This document shows, piece by piece, positions 49,246-58,419 of a stretch of DNA of 64,000 bases. The DNA is taken from positions 20,062 through 84,061 of the forward strand of contig JAQBUT010000015.1 in assembly GCA_027623195.1 (NCBI GenBank), given 5' to 3'. Every line of letters starts with the position of its first letter. Position 1 is the first letter of the stretch. The notes beneath the pieces are model-generated. The model saw only the letters and a list, made by a program, of their open reading frames with translations. It made no database searches and was not told the origin of the DNA. The DNA is from Chloroflexota bacterium. Its GTDB lineage: Bacteria; Chloroflexota; Dehalococcoidia; Lucifugimonadales; JADFKI01. The translations under genes were made by a program, and so were the position numbers.

Positions 49246-50994
49246 ATGCCACTGAGAATAGAACCAGCACTTGCGGATCTACGAACGCGCATCCGCCACT
49301 CTGCCTCCCACGTGATGGCAGATGTTGTTACGAAGATGTACCCCGACGCCAAGCTGGCCATCGGGCCGCCCACCGACGAAGGCTTCTACTATGATTTCAT
49401 GGTCAAAGAGCCGTTCAAGGAGGAAGACCTCGAGGCCATTGAAGCGAAGATGCGCGACGTTATCAAAGCGGACCACACCTTCGAGTACGCTGAGTATCCT
49501 CGAGAGGAGATGCTTGAGAAGAACGCGGGCCAACCCCTTAAGCTTGAGATCATCAATGGCATACCGGCAGATGAGGCTATCTCCACTTACTCCCACGGTG
49601 GCTTCGAGGACCTATGCGCAGGCCCTCATGTGGAGTCTACCGGGAAGATACCGGCGTTTAAGCTGCTAAGCGTGGCTGGCGCGTATTGGCGCGGCGATGA
49701 GAAACGTCCCATGCTTCAGCGAATCTACGGCACTGCATTCGAAACCCAGGAGGCTCTCGATGAGTACCTGGAGCGTCTGGAGGAGGCCCGGCGTCGTGAT
49801 CATCGCATACTGGGCCGTGACCTCGACCTGTTCTCCATGCATGAAGAAACGGGTCCGGGTCTGATTGTCTGGCATCCCAAGGGGGCGCGGCTTCGCGGCA
49901 TCGTTGAGGATTTCTGGAAGCAGGAGCATTACAAGGCGGGATATGATCTTGTTTACACGCCGCACATTGGTCGCTCCACGCTGTGGGAGACAAGCGGCCA
50001 CCTGGATTTCTACAAGGACAATATGTACGCGGCCATGGAAATGGATGGCCAGGATTATTACCTCAAGCCAATGAACTGCCCATTCCACATTATGTACTAC
50101 AAGACTGGCATGCGCAGCTACCGTGACCTTCCTATGCGAATAGGCGAGTTGGGTTCCGTATATCGCTTCGAGCGTGGAGGTGTGTTGCACGGGCTGCTCC
50201 GCGTGAGGGGCATGACCCAGGACGACGCTCACATCTTCTGCCGACCGGACCAGTTGGTCGACGAGGTTAACGGCGTGCTGGACCTGGACATGAAGCTGCT
50301 TGAGGCATTTGGTTTCAAGGACATGGAAGTCATGCTGTCCACCATGCCTGAAAAGGCCGTGGGGGACCCCGAGCGGTGGGCGGTTGCCACTGACTCTCTG
50401 CGGCAGACGCTGGAAAACCGGGGCATCGCTTACGAGATCGACGAAGGCGGCGGGGCTTTCTACGGTCCCAAGATCGACATACACATTCGCGATGCCATAG
50501 GCCGGCTTTGGCAGTGCACCACGGTGCAGTTCGACTTCAATCTGCCGGAGCGATTCGGCATCTCCTATATAGGGGAGGATGGCCAGGAGCACCAGCCATA
50601 CATGGTGCACAGGGCGTTGTTGGGATCGCTGGAGCGTTTCATGGGCGTGCTTATCGAGCATTTTGGAGGTGCCTTCCCGACCTGGCTAGCCCCCGTGCAG
50701 GCGACGGTGATACCCATCGCCGACCGGCACATAGAATATGCTGAAAAGGTGAAATCGCAAATGACCGAGGCGGGCCTTAGAGTGACTGTCGACGCCCGGA
50801 ACGAGCGCATGAATGCCAAGATACGCGAGGCACAGGTACATAAGGTGCCTTACATGCTGGTGGTGGGCGACCGTGAGGCCGAGGCTAACGCCGTGGCGGT
50901 CCGTTTGCGCTCCGGTGACGACCTGGGCGCATTGCCAGTGGCAGAGATCCAAAATCGCATGCTGGAAGAGGTTGCCACCAAGGCATTGAATTAA
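49246..50994 (+). CDS. thrS: Threonine--tRNA ligase (lacking the N-terminal TGS domain)
   Basis: RHSASH, DLCAGPH, LQRIYG, RDHR, KPMNCP, FYGPKID, HRALLGS.ERF. Confidence 0.98.
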   Translation: MPLRIEPALADLRTRIRHSASHVMADVVTKMYPDAKLAIGPPTDEGFYYDFMVKEPFKEEDLEAIEAKMRDVIKADHTFEYAEYPREEMLEKNAGQPLKLEIINGIPADEAISTYSHGGFEDLCAGPHVESTGKIPAFKLLSVAGAYWRGDEKRPMLQRIYGTAFETQEALDEYLERLEEARRRDHRILGRDLDLFSMHEETGPGLIVWHPKGARLRGIVEDFWKQEHYKAGYDLVYTPHIGRSTLWETSGHLDFYKDNMYAAMEMDGQDYYLKPMNCPFHIMYYKTGMRSYRDLPMRIGELGSVYRFERGGVLHGLLRVRGMTQDDAHIFCRPDQLVDEVNGVLDLDMKLLEAFGFKDMEVMLSTMPEKAVGDPERWAVATDSLRQTLENRGIAYEIDEGGGAFYGPKIDIHIRDAIGRLWQCTTVQFDFNLPERFGISYIGEDGQEHQPYMVHRALLGSLERFMGVLIEHFGGAFPTWLAPVQATVIPIADRHIEYAEKVKSQMTEAGLRVTVDARNERMNAKIREAQVHKVPYMLVVGDREAEANAVAVRLRSGDDLGALPVAEIQNRMLEEVATKALN

Positions 50995-51224
50995 GTAGCC
51001 CTGGCGGGGATTTGCCAGTCAGGTCGGGCATTTTAGGCCGCCTTGGCCTGCACGGATTTTTTATGAACGAATCTGTAGCCATTCGCCGGAACGGTTTGTG
51101 AAAAATTGGCGGATGTGGCAGGCAGTACACGGGATTATCTCTATTGCCTACCTGGCGGCCTTATGCTATATTCGGAACTGCCGGATTAATATCTGGCCAA
51201 TACCTATTGGAATTGAGGTGCCTT

Positions 51225-51824
51225 ATTCCCCCGAGAGATTATCGAGTTAACGAGCGTATACGAGTTCCAGAGGTCCGCACGGTGGACGAAGATGGCGAAC
51301 AGCTTGGCGTATTGTCCATCCAGGATGCCATGAAATTAGCCGAAGAAAAGGGCATGGACCTGGTTGAAGTTGCGCCCCAAGCCGTACCGCCTGTCTGTCG
51401 CATTATGGATTACGGTAAGTTTAGATACGAGACCACTCGGAAGGAACGCGACGCCCGAAAGGCGCGGAAGACTAAGGCCACGCAGGAGCTACGCGAAGTC
51501 CGCATGAAGACCCGTATAGGACAGCATGACCTTTCTGCCAAGACTCGCATGGTGAAGCGACTTCTAGACCAGGGTGCCAAGGTCAAGGTATCGGTTATGT
51601 TCAGGGGGCGAGAGATTGACCACCCTGAGCTAGGCATGGGACTGCTACGAAATGTGGCCCAAGAGCTTGTGGATGATGCCCTGTTGGAGCGACCTCCGAC
51701 GTTTGAGGGGAGATTCCTGGCCATGACTCTTGCACCCAATCCACAGAAGGAAAAGGCTGAAAATGCCGAAGCGCCCATCGATGAAGAGGAACCCGAAAAG
51801 GAGCTAGAAGTTGCCGAAGCTTAA
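51225..51824 (+). CDS. infC: Translation initiation factor IF-3 (ATT start)
   Basis: RVNERI...DLVEVAP...PPVCRIMDYGKF; GAGGTG SD followed by an in-frame ATT at 51225. Confidence 0.95.
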   Translation: MPPRDYRVNERIRVPEVRTVDEDGEQLGVLSIQDAMKLAEEKGMDLVEVAPQAVPPVCRIMDYGKFRYETTRKERDARKARKTKATQELREVRMKTRIGQHDLSAKTRMVKRLLDQGAKVKVSVMFRGREIDHPELGMGLLRNVAQELVDDALLERPPTFEGRFLAMTLAPNPQKEKAENAEAPIDEEEPEKELEVAEA

Positions 51825-52014
51825 GACCCATAAGGGGGCCAGGGCTCGGTTTCGTATTACCGGAACTGGCAAACTGGTCCGAATGAAAGGCCACCGTAGT
51901 CACCTTCGGCGTAAGAAGCCGTCCAGCGTCAAGAGACAGTATTCTGGAAAGTTGGCAGTGAGTCCAGCCGACGTGCCTCGTATGAAGAAATTGTTGCCGT
52001 ACGGTGTGCCGTAA
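51811..52014 (+). CDS. rpmI: 50S ribosomal protein L35
   Basis: MPKLKTHKGA..RF.ITGTGK; TTG start. Confidence 0.96.
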   Translation: MPKLKTHKGARARFRITGTGKLVRMKGHRSHLRRKKPSSVKRQYSGKLAVSPADVPRMKKLLPYGVP

Positions 52015-52161
52015 AAATACTGCAATCGGCGGTCGAAAAAGATATAATGATTAAACCAGGCACTTAAGTGCCTGGTTTGTCTGTCCGGCATATGGCCGTT
52101 CAAGTAATGACAGTCATCGAAAAAAAATCTAGAGCCTGATCTCCAGAAAAGGGAGTGGAAC

Positions 52162-52530
52162 GTGACTAGGGTAAAAAGAGGCGTTACCAAGAGGCGGCGC
52201 CATAAAAAGGTCCTGAATATGACGAAGGGACACCAGGGGGTACGGCACACACTTTACCGCCGAGCCCACGAGTCCCTAATACACGCACTGCAGTACTCAT
52301 ATGCCCACCGTAAAGAAAAGAAGGGCGATATGCGTCGGCTGTGGAATATTCGCATCAATGCCGGGGCACGCGCCAATGGCACAACCTATAGCCAGATGAT
52401 CCATGGCCTGAAGCTGGCTGGAGCGGACGTTAACCGCAAGATGCTGGCAGACCTTGCCATCAGGGATCCTGAGGCCTTCACCAAGATAGCCGATCTTGCC
52501 AAGGCTCAGATGGAACTGGTGCCTGCCTAA
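52162..52530 (+). CDS. rplT: 50S ribosomal protein L20
   Basis: RVKRG...RRLW..RINA...NRKMLADLA. Confidence 0.97.
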   Translation: MTRVKRGVTKRRRHKKVLNMTKGHQGVRHTLYRRAHESLIHALQYSYAHRKEKKGDMRRLWNIRINAGARANGTTYSQMIHGLKLAGADVNRKMLADLAIRDPEAFTKIADLAKAQMELVPA

Positions 52531-52554
52531 GCGTTTCAGGTAATTCATCGGAAG

Positions 52555-52593
52555 AAAAAAAGGGGTGACCTTCATAAGAAGATCACCCCTTTT
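52555..52593. terminator. Bidirectional intrinsic terminator
   Basis: AAAAAAAGGGGTGA...TCACCCCTTTT between convergent genes. Confidence 0.85.
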
Positions 52594-52615
52594 CATTGCC
52601 CTGGTTGCTGTACGA

Positions 52616-53515
52616 CTAATGTCGTCTGGGTGAAATAATCGCTGTGCCTGAGCCGAATAAGACCACTCCCAAAAGGGCTAGCCCGGCAAGCATCATTGAC
52701 GTGGGAGCAAAACCACCCACGCTGGGTGTAGAAGGCGGCACGGGTGCCGCCGCCGGCACCTGAATCGTGGCTTCACTCGATAGAGCAGGCTCCACCGCCG
52801 AGCCGTCGTTGTTACGTAGCTCAGCCCTGATTACGTGGGGACCGGCGCTTAGTCCCTCAAGGGTGTAGGATGGCTCTCCCAGGGAGGCTATGAGCTCATC
52901 ATCCAGGAACAGTGCCCAATGACCTTCTCCGCCGACATTGGCCCCTTCTATCGAGTCGGCGTTTAATGTGAAGTCGTGGAGTGTGACCCTTACCTCCTGG
53001 CTGCTGCCTACTACGGCAGTGTTGTTGCGAGGGCTAAGGCGCATTGCTGGAATGCCCAGGAATTCACCCTCAGCCGGTGCTGGGTTATCGCCTGACACAG
53101 TTAACTCGCCTGTCATGCCCAGGTCTGAGTGTCCAGGGATAGCGCATATGATGGTGTAGGTTCCGCTGTTATCGAGCGTTACCTCCAACGTCGTGGTCTC
53201 TCCCGCGCCAATGGTTGGGGAGTTTAGATGCTGAGCAGTATTGCTCACTTCGAGATTGTGGGAAAAGCGACCGGAGTTGGTGATATTGAACAGGACGGTA
53301 TCGCCCTGTTGAAAGTCGAACTGAGAAGGGTTCAGCTCCCATTCCGTAAGGTCAACATCGACCTCCAGCGACGCTTGGGTGCCGGGTGCAGCCTCGGCTT
53401 GCATTGAAGGATATGTGGCCCCGTAGGCCAGGAACGATAGTAGCCCGATAAGGACTGCTATATAAAGGTATCTTTTGGGTCTGGCTCTCATCGCCGGGGT
53501 AGTTACTTCGGACAT
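52616..53515 (-). CDS. Exported cupredoxin-domain protein with a C-terminal membrane anchor
   Basis: Signal peptide ending AEA; SHN...ICAIPGHSDLGM type-1 Cu ligands; ATG 53515 after GGAGG. Confidence 0.85.
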   Translation of the reverse strand: MSEVTTPAMRARPKRYLYIAVLIGLLSFLAYGATYPSMQAEAAPGTQASLEVDVDLTEWELNPSQFDFQQGDTVLFNITNSGRFSHNLEVSNTAQHLNSPTIGAGETTTLEVTLDNSGTYTIICAIPGHSDLGMTGELTVSGDNPAPAEGEFLGIPAMRLSPRNNTAVVGSSQEVRVTLHDFTLNADSIEGANVGGEGHWALFLDDELIASLGEPSYTLEGLSAGPHVIRAELRNNDGSAVEPALSSEATIQVPAAAPVPPSTPSVGGFAPTSMMLAGLALLGVVLFGSGTAIISPRRH

Positions 53516-53651
53516 AAAATGGCCTCCCGCAAATGTTGATGTCTGACCTTGTACGACGAGGCGGGGCTGCTGGATTCCCTGGCATAAAAGGAATACAAGT
53601 GAATCTGGCCTAACAATCATCTCGTATAAGAGTATCGAGATAAAAAACTGT

Positions 53652-54551
53652 ATGGGAATTTGTTTGCGTTTAATGAAAAATAGCAAGTTGTCGGAACCAA
53701 ACCAGGTGATGTGGATTGGCATTGCCCTGGTCATTGCGCTAGGCTTTGCTGCATGTGGTGGAACCGCACAGGAGGCTGACGAGCGACCTGCAGCCGTCAC
53801 AGCTTCGCCTACGCCTATCGTGCTCGATCACCCCGAACCTCCTCAACTAATTTCGCCCGTCGTACCAACACAGTCGGCCCTGCCCACGGCTACAGTATCC
53901 GCCACATCGGAGCGCAATCCTACGCCATCGGTCTCGCCCATCTTGACGGAAACGGCCACTGCGGTTCCCACGGCCACGCCAATTCCAACCGTGGAGCCAG
54001 TGCCCGCGTTTACCTTTGAGATGCAACAGGGAACTGTGGCTCGATACCTGGTACAGGAACAGTTGGCGAGCCTGGATTTGCCCAACGACGCCGTAGGTGA
54101 AACGACTGGGGTAAGCGGCAGCATCGCCTTTTCTGAGGATGGCTCGGTGATGTGGGAGACGTCGAGGATTGAGGTCGATCTGCAGTCGTTGAAGAGTGAC
54201 AGTGGAAAGCGCGACAACTATCTGCGGGGCAAGTCGCTTGAATCAGAACGGTTTCCAATGGTGGTATTCGTTCCAACAGAGGTTACAGGGCTTGCCTGGC
54301 CTTTACCCTCAGAGGATGCGCTCGTGTTTGAAATGGCCGGAGATATGAGAGTCCGAGACGTCACCAGACCCGTCACGTGGAATGTAGAGGCGTCATTTGA
54401 CGGCCATCAAGTTTCTGGTAAGGCAGTCACCAGATTCACCTTTGGCGATTTTCAGATGAAGGTCCCCAGCGTATTTATAGTGATTAGCGTAGAGGACGAC
54501 ATTCGTTTGGAAATTGACTTCGTCGCGTCTGTCTTGGCCGCGAACCAGTGA
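53652..54551 (+). CDS. YceI-like lipoprotein
   Basis: Lipobox FAAC, Pro/Thr linker, VDLQSLKSD...RDNYL...LES.RFP; start uncertain. Confidence 0.85.
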   Translation: MGICLRLMKNSKLSEPNQVMWIGIALVIALGFAACGGTAQEADERPAAVTASPTPIVLDHPEPPQLISPVVPTQSALPTATVSATSERNPTPSVSPILTETATAVPTATPIPTVEPVPAFTFEMQQGTVARYLVQEQLASLDLPNDAVGETTGVSGSIAFSEDGSVMWETSRIEVDLQSLKSDSGKRDNYLRGKSLESERFPMVVFVPTEVTGLAWPLPSEDALVFEMAGDMRVRDVTRPVTWNVEASFDGHQVSGKAVTRFTFGDFQMKVPSVFIVISVEDDIRLEIDFVASVLAANQ

Positions 54552-54627
54552 CGCCGACGCCTTCGAGGAGAGCCACGGGGCGTCGGCGGGACCCACAATA
54601 TTGGGGCCTATGCCATGCGTGCTGAAC

Positions 54628-55203
54628 TTAATTCGCGAACGTTAACTGTTCTCTGCCGATAGAGAATGTTAGGTGCCGCATGGCCAAGGGACACAGGCAA
54701 CTGACCTGGCACTGAGGGCCATTGCTGGACTCTGCGCCCGCTTCCATGGCCGGGTTTAAGGCAGCTACAGCCGTTCGGCATATGGGCCGAGACAGGGTGC
54801 CATCGCGGCCTACCGTAATGCGGTCGCCTTCCTTGAAGCCTCGCGGGCATATACCTACCGCTGCTGTAACCTCTATGGAACGTGAGGTGGGTTGTGCAGC
54901 TACAGACGGCATAAGCTCCAGAGCCGGCCAGGACTGCATCACGCGTATGCTCTCCATCGTTACCATGGCGGCGGGCCGGGGTATCGCCAGAGCCGTTGTT
55001 GTTGTTGCCCTGACCTTGAGGATATTCATGACAGACCAAGAAACGGCCATTACGTAAACTGCGGCCATGACGACCATGCTCTGTAAGGGGATCGCTCCAC
55101 CGGAAAGCAGCCATGTACCGCCTACAATCGCAGGCAATCCAAAAATAACTGCCGCCGTGAGGATAAGCTCCGTTGAATCGTATTCATTGTCAAAGTAGGA
55201 CAT
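54628..55203 (-). CDS. Membrane-anchored protein with a Cys-rich TIGR04076-like domain
   Basis: Two N-terminal TMs; GICPRGFKEGD...ICRTA...CLCP. Confidence 0.6.
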   Translation of the reverse strand: MSYFDNEYDSTELILTAAVIFGLPAIVGGTWLLSGGAIPLQSMVVMAAVYVMAVSWSVMNILKVRATTTTALAIPRPAAMVTMESIRVMQSWPALELMPSVAAQPTSRSIEVTAAVGICPRGFKEGDRITVGRDGTLSRPICRTAVAALNPAMEAGAESSNGPQCQVSCLCPLAMRHLTFSIGREQLTFAN

Positions 55204-55399
55204 CGTTCCCTCTCTTTTCATCCCCCGTTAAAACATCAAGCGTGGCTAAATTAAATTGGCACCTGGCCAAAACCTGAAGCGAAATTCAGTAATAATTTAC
55301 ACTATAATTCGTAGAAGTTGCCGTGTGAATCATGAAGAAAGCGTGAGGATTCAGGGGACGAGCTGCAGGACTGACGAGGGGATACCTACGTTGTCTGGT

Positions 55400-56101
55400 C
55401 TAGCCCTTGCTAGACAGAGCCTTCACGTCATGCACCAGATCAGCGGTGTCGAATGGGTGGGTGACCACGACGCGCATTATGCCGTCTCGATCAATGAGGT
55501 ATATCGGGGCGGAATGTATTATCAGGTAACTCTCCTGGACTAGCGCATCAATACCTGCCTTGGATGGGTTGGCCTGAAGCGTTGAGTCTTGAGCAGAGGG
55601 AGATTCTGAGTCGGCGCTGGGTCGTAGTGAAGCGGGATCGAGGTAGTAGGCCTTCCATGTGGGCGCGAGCTCCTCTTCGGTCCCTACCAGGTACGACCAG
55701 CGGTCGGTCATCTTCCAGCGCTCGGAGTAGTCCATTGCCGCCGCTATGGAGTCACGCTCTGGGTCTACGCTAACCGCTACGATGGCGATGTCGTTTACTG
55801 TTTCGCCAAGTGAGTCGTACGTCTCCCGTAGCTGGTTGGTGGTTATGGGGCATACGTCGGGGCATTTGGTGTAGAGGAATGTGAGCAGAACGACCTTGCC
55901 CCGGAAATCAGACAAGGACGTCTGGTTCCCGAACTGGTCATGCAGAGTGAAAGGAGTGGCGGCAGCATTGGCGGTGAGTGTCGTGCCAAAGAAATCATCT
56001 GAGGCGCCACCGGGTGTAGAAATACAGGCGGTGACCAGAGTCATTAGGAGCAGCCCAGCCGCCACAACAAGAATCTTTGTGTACGGCCTTTCCCTGCCCA
56101 T
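55400..56101 (-). CDS. SCO1/SenC copper chaperone (lipoprotein)
   Basis: YTKCPDVCP, SVDPERD, HS..IYLID; ATG 56101 after GAGGAG. Confidence 0.93.
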   Translation of the reverse strand: MGRERPYTKILVVAAGLLLMTLVTACISTPGGASDDFFGTTLTANAAATPFTLHDQFGNQTSLSDFRGKVVLLTFLYTKCPDVCPITTNQLRETYDSLGETVNDIAIVAVSVDPERDSIAAAMDYSERWKMTDRWSYLVGTEEELAPTWKAYYLDPASLRPSADSESPSAQDSTLQANPSKAGIDALVQESYLIIHSAPIYLIDRDGIMRVVVTHPFDTADLVHDVKALSSKG

Positions 56102-56184
56102 ACTCCTCACCTCTCGCACCCCTGTGTCTCCCTACATCAGGCTCTTGTCAGCCATAACGAATGGTCAAGCCCCATTTCCGAACC

Positions 56185-56394
56185 TTACTGTGGTTCGCCG
56201 ACCGCGCGCTCCAGAAAGAATGCCACCAACGGGACGCCGACTACCAGGGCCGAGCCCAGCACGATGACGCCTATTTCGTTGTGCATTGCGCCTTCCAGAA
56301 CAATGAATAAGACGCCTAAACCGCCGGCAAACGCCGCAATTACTACTAGGGATAGGATAGGTACTATTATCGAGAGCATCATATTTTGTGTCAT
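56185..56394 (-). CDS. Small two-TM protein coupled to ctaG
   Basis: ATGA overlap with the ctaG stop; two hydrophobic helices. Confidence 0.7.
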   Translation of the reverse strand: MTQNMMLSIIVPILSLVVIAAFAGGLGVLFIVLEGAMHNEIGVIVLGSALVVGVPLVAFFLERAVGEPQ

Positions 56395-57260
56395 CTGTAA
56401 CCGTCCTCCAATGTTGGCCCGTCCAGCCTAATGTTCGGACCGTAATGTTCTTCGGACTCGGCCTTTCGCAAGGCCTCTTCACTGTTATACCACTTGAAAA
56501 ATATCGTTATCATTAGCGAGAGGAATAGCAGGCCGCCGCCGACCTTCATTATTATCGCGCCAATCTGCTGGTCTGCCAGAGGGGATAGCGCCCACACTCG
56601 CGGTGCGTTGATGTAGAACTCGTATATCGGTTCCTGAGCAAAGGTTATGATGCCGAACACTATTATCTGGGCCACCGACATAGCAAAGAGATAGCCCATC
56701 TGCAGCGGATAGTTAAGCCTGGGCAACTCCGGCATCATGCTGGTTAGAGGCCACCAAACAAGAACCGCCGTTGAAATCATCAGGATGTGCTCGAAAGCAT
56801 GCATCCACTCATAGTCTAACGATGTGTTGTACATGGCTGGGAAATGCCATAGAGCGAAGACCATGTTAAACGCCGCAAATGCCACCAGAGGATTCGTTAG
56901 CAGCCTAGCCGTCCGGAACGCCCAGTTTGGTCTAAGCAGCGGTCGTATCAGCCACTCTGGTGTGCCTAAGATGAGCAGGGGAGGCGCCACCAGGGTCAGA
57001 AGCACATGTTGCAGCATGTGCATGCTAAACAGGTAATTCTCAGCCAAAAAGTGAATCGGAGAGGTCAATGCGAAGAAAATTACTACAACGCCAGCCGTGA
57101 AAGTCGCTATCTGCCGAGGCTCGATGCTATCAGCTAATTGGTAACGCTTTCGTATAGGGCCTATGCCTATCAGGAAGAGGCCTTGGAGCAGGGCAATGCC
57201 CAGTAGGGACGTTGTATGTCCTTCCCAATGGAACCACAGTGAACCAGCTAGTTCACTCAC
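56391..57260 (-). CDS. ctaG: caa3-type cytochrome c oxidase assembly protein
   Basis: LFSMHMLQH, PPLLILG, WH.P..Y, DQQIGA. Confidence 0.9.
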   Translation of the reverse strand: MSELAGSLWFHWEGHTTSLLGIALLQGLFLIGIGPIRKRYQLADSIEPRQIATFTAGVVVIFFALTSPIHFLAENYLFSMHMLQHVLLTLVAPPLLILGTPEWLIRPLLRPNWAFRTARLLTNPLVAFAAFNMVFALWHFPAMYNTSLDYEWMHAFEHILMISTAVLVWWPLTSMMPELPRLNYPLQMGYLFAMSVAQIIVFGIITFAQEPIYEFYINAPRVWALSPLADQQIGAIIMKVGGGLLFLSLMITIFFKWYNSEEALRKAESEEHYGPNIRLDGPTLEDGYR

Positions 57261-57296
57261 CCAAGTCTCCTAACGAACCCACGCCGACAGCTGGCA

Positions 57297-57605
57297 CTAC
57301 GCGAAAAACCGGAACAAGGCCATCAAGGCCATTACCACGCCGGACGCCGTCACCAAGCCCGCGACGAACATCGTTGAGAAAATTCGGTCGTCGAATTTGA
57401 GATGCATGTAGTACATGCACACAAGGATGAACTTCGCTCCCGACAGCAAAACCAGAATTGGGATGATGGCGTGGCGCACGAATTCCAGGTAAAACACCGC
57501 GACCTCAATAGCCGTGATGGCGCTCAGAGCCATAGCGACCTTGAAATACGTTCCCGGTGTGGGATGCGCCGACTCGTGCTGGATAACCTGGGATTCCTGT
57601 GTCAT
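57297..57605 (-). CDS. ctaF: Cytochrome c oxidase subunit IV
   Basis: IT.IEV, KF..V...YMHLKFD. Confidence 0.88.
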   Translation of the reverse strand: MTQESQVIQHESAHPTPGTYFKVAMALSAITAIEVAVFYLEFVRHAIIPILVLLSGAKFILVCMYYMHLKFDDRIFSTMFVAGLVTASGVVMALMALFRFFA

Positions 57606-57665
57606 GCCAATCTCCGTAAGTTGTTGTGCCTAGGACCGGTAAGGTCCGACTGTTAAGCCTTCGAT

Positions 57666-58385
57666 CTAAAAGCCGGGGAATACACCAAATAGGTAAACCA
57701 CGGTGAAAATTATTATCCAGACAATGTCAACAAAGTGCCAGTAAAGTGCTGCCAGGTCGAGGTTCAGCTCTTTCTCCGGCGTAACCGCGCCCTTTTTAAA
57801 GGATAGGAAGAACATGGACAAAAGCCATACTACGCCCAAGGTTACGTGAGCGCCGTGGAAGCCGGTAAGCGTGAAAAAGGTTGACCCGAACAGGTTAGTT
57901 CTGGGTGTCAAGCCGACCTGTTTTTCGATCTCGTGTTGACCGGGCTCGCAATCTGCGGCAACGGACTGCTCAAGGGCTGTTAACTCACCTATTGGGGCGG
58001 TGCAGTCGACAACGACCTCGTGATTCGCGAAGGCATGAAACTCGAAGACCTGGAAGGCCAGGAACGTCATGCCCATAAGGGCAGTGGAAGCCAGCCAGAT
58101 TCGGAAGGTCTTCATGCGGTTGCGCCGCAGGGCAGCGTAGGCCAACACCATGCTCATGCTGCTCATCAGCAGCACGAAAGTGCTCACCGATGTTGTCGGT
58201 ATGCTAAAGACGTCTACTGGCAGCGGGCCCGAGAGGCTCCGGTTCTTGTATACCAGGTAAGTTGCTATCAAGGAGCCGAAGAACATGCAGTCCGAACCTA
58301 GGAAGGCCCACATGAGCATCTTCCTGTGATTCAGGCCTGTAGTTGTAGCCTCGTGTTCTCCATGATGTGCGGTTGCTTGTGCCAC
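57666..58385 (-). CDS. ctaE: Cytochrome c oxidase subunit III
   Basis: W.FLGSD..FF, LTGFHGAHV, YWHFVDIVW. Confidence 0.95.
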   Translation of the reverse strand: MAQATAHHGEHEATTTGLNHRKMLMWAFLGSDCMFFGSLIATYLVYKNRSLSGPLPVDVFSIPTTSVSTFVLLMSSMSMVLAYAALRRNRMKTFRIWLASTALMGMTFLAFQVFEFHAFANHEVVVDCTAPIGELTALEQSVAADCEPGQHEIEKQVGLTPRTNLFGSTFFTLTGFHGAHVTLGVVWLLSMFFLSFKKGAVTPEKELNLDLAALYWHFVDIVWIIIFTVVYLFGVFPGF

Positions 58386-58419
58386 TTATCAGCCTCCGTT
58401 AGCGGGCCGTCTGCGAATA

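Noticed and set aside
53516..53800. N-terminal extensions in the ORF track (cupredoxin; likewise gap, zinc-ribbon, GNAT, MFS, infC)
   Set aside because: Non-homologous, sometimes overlapping other genes; better-supported starts lie downstream
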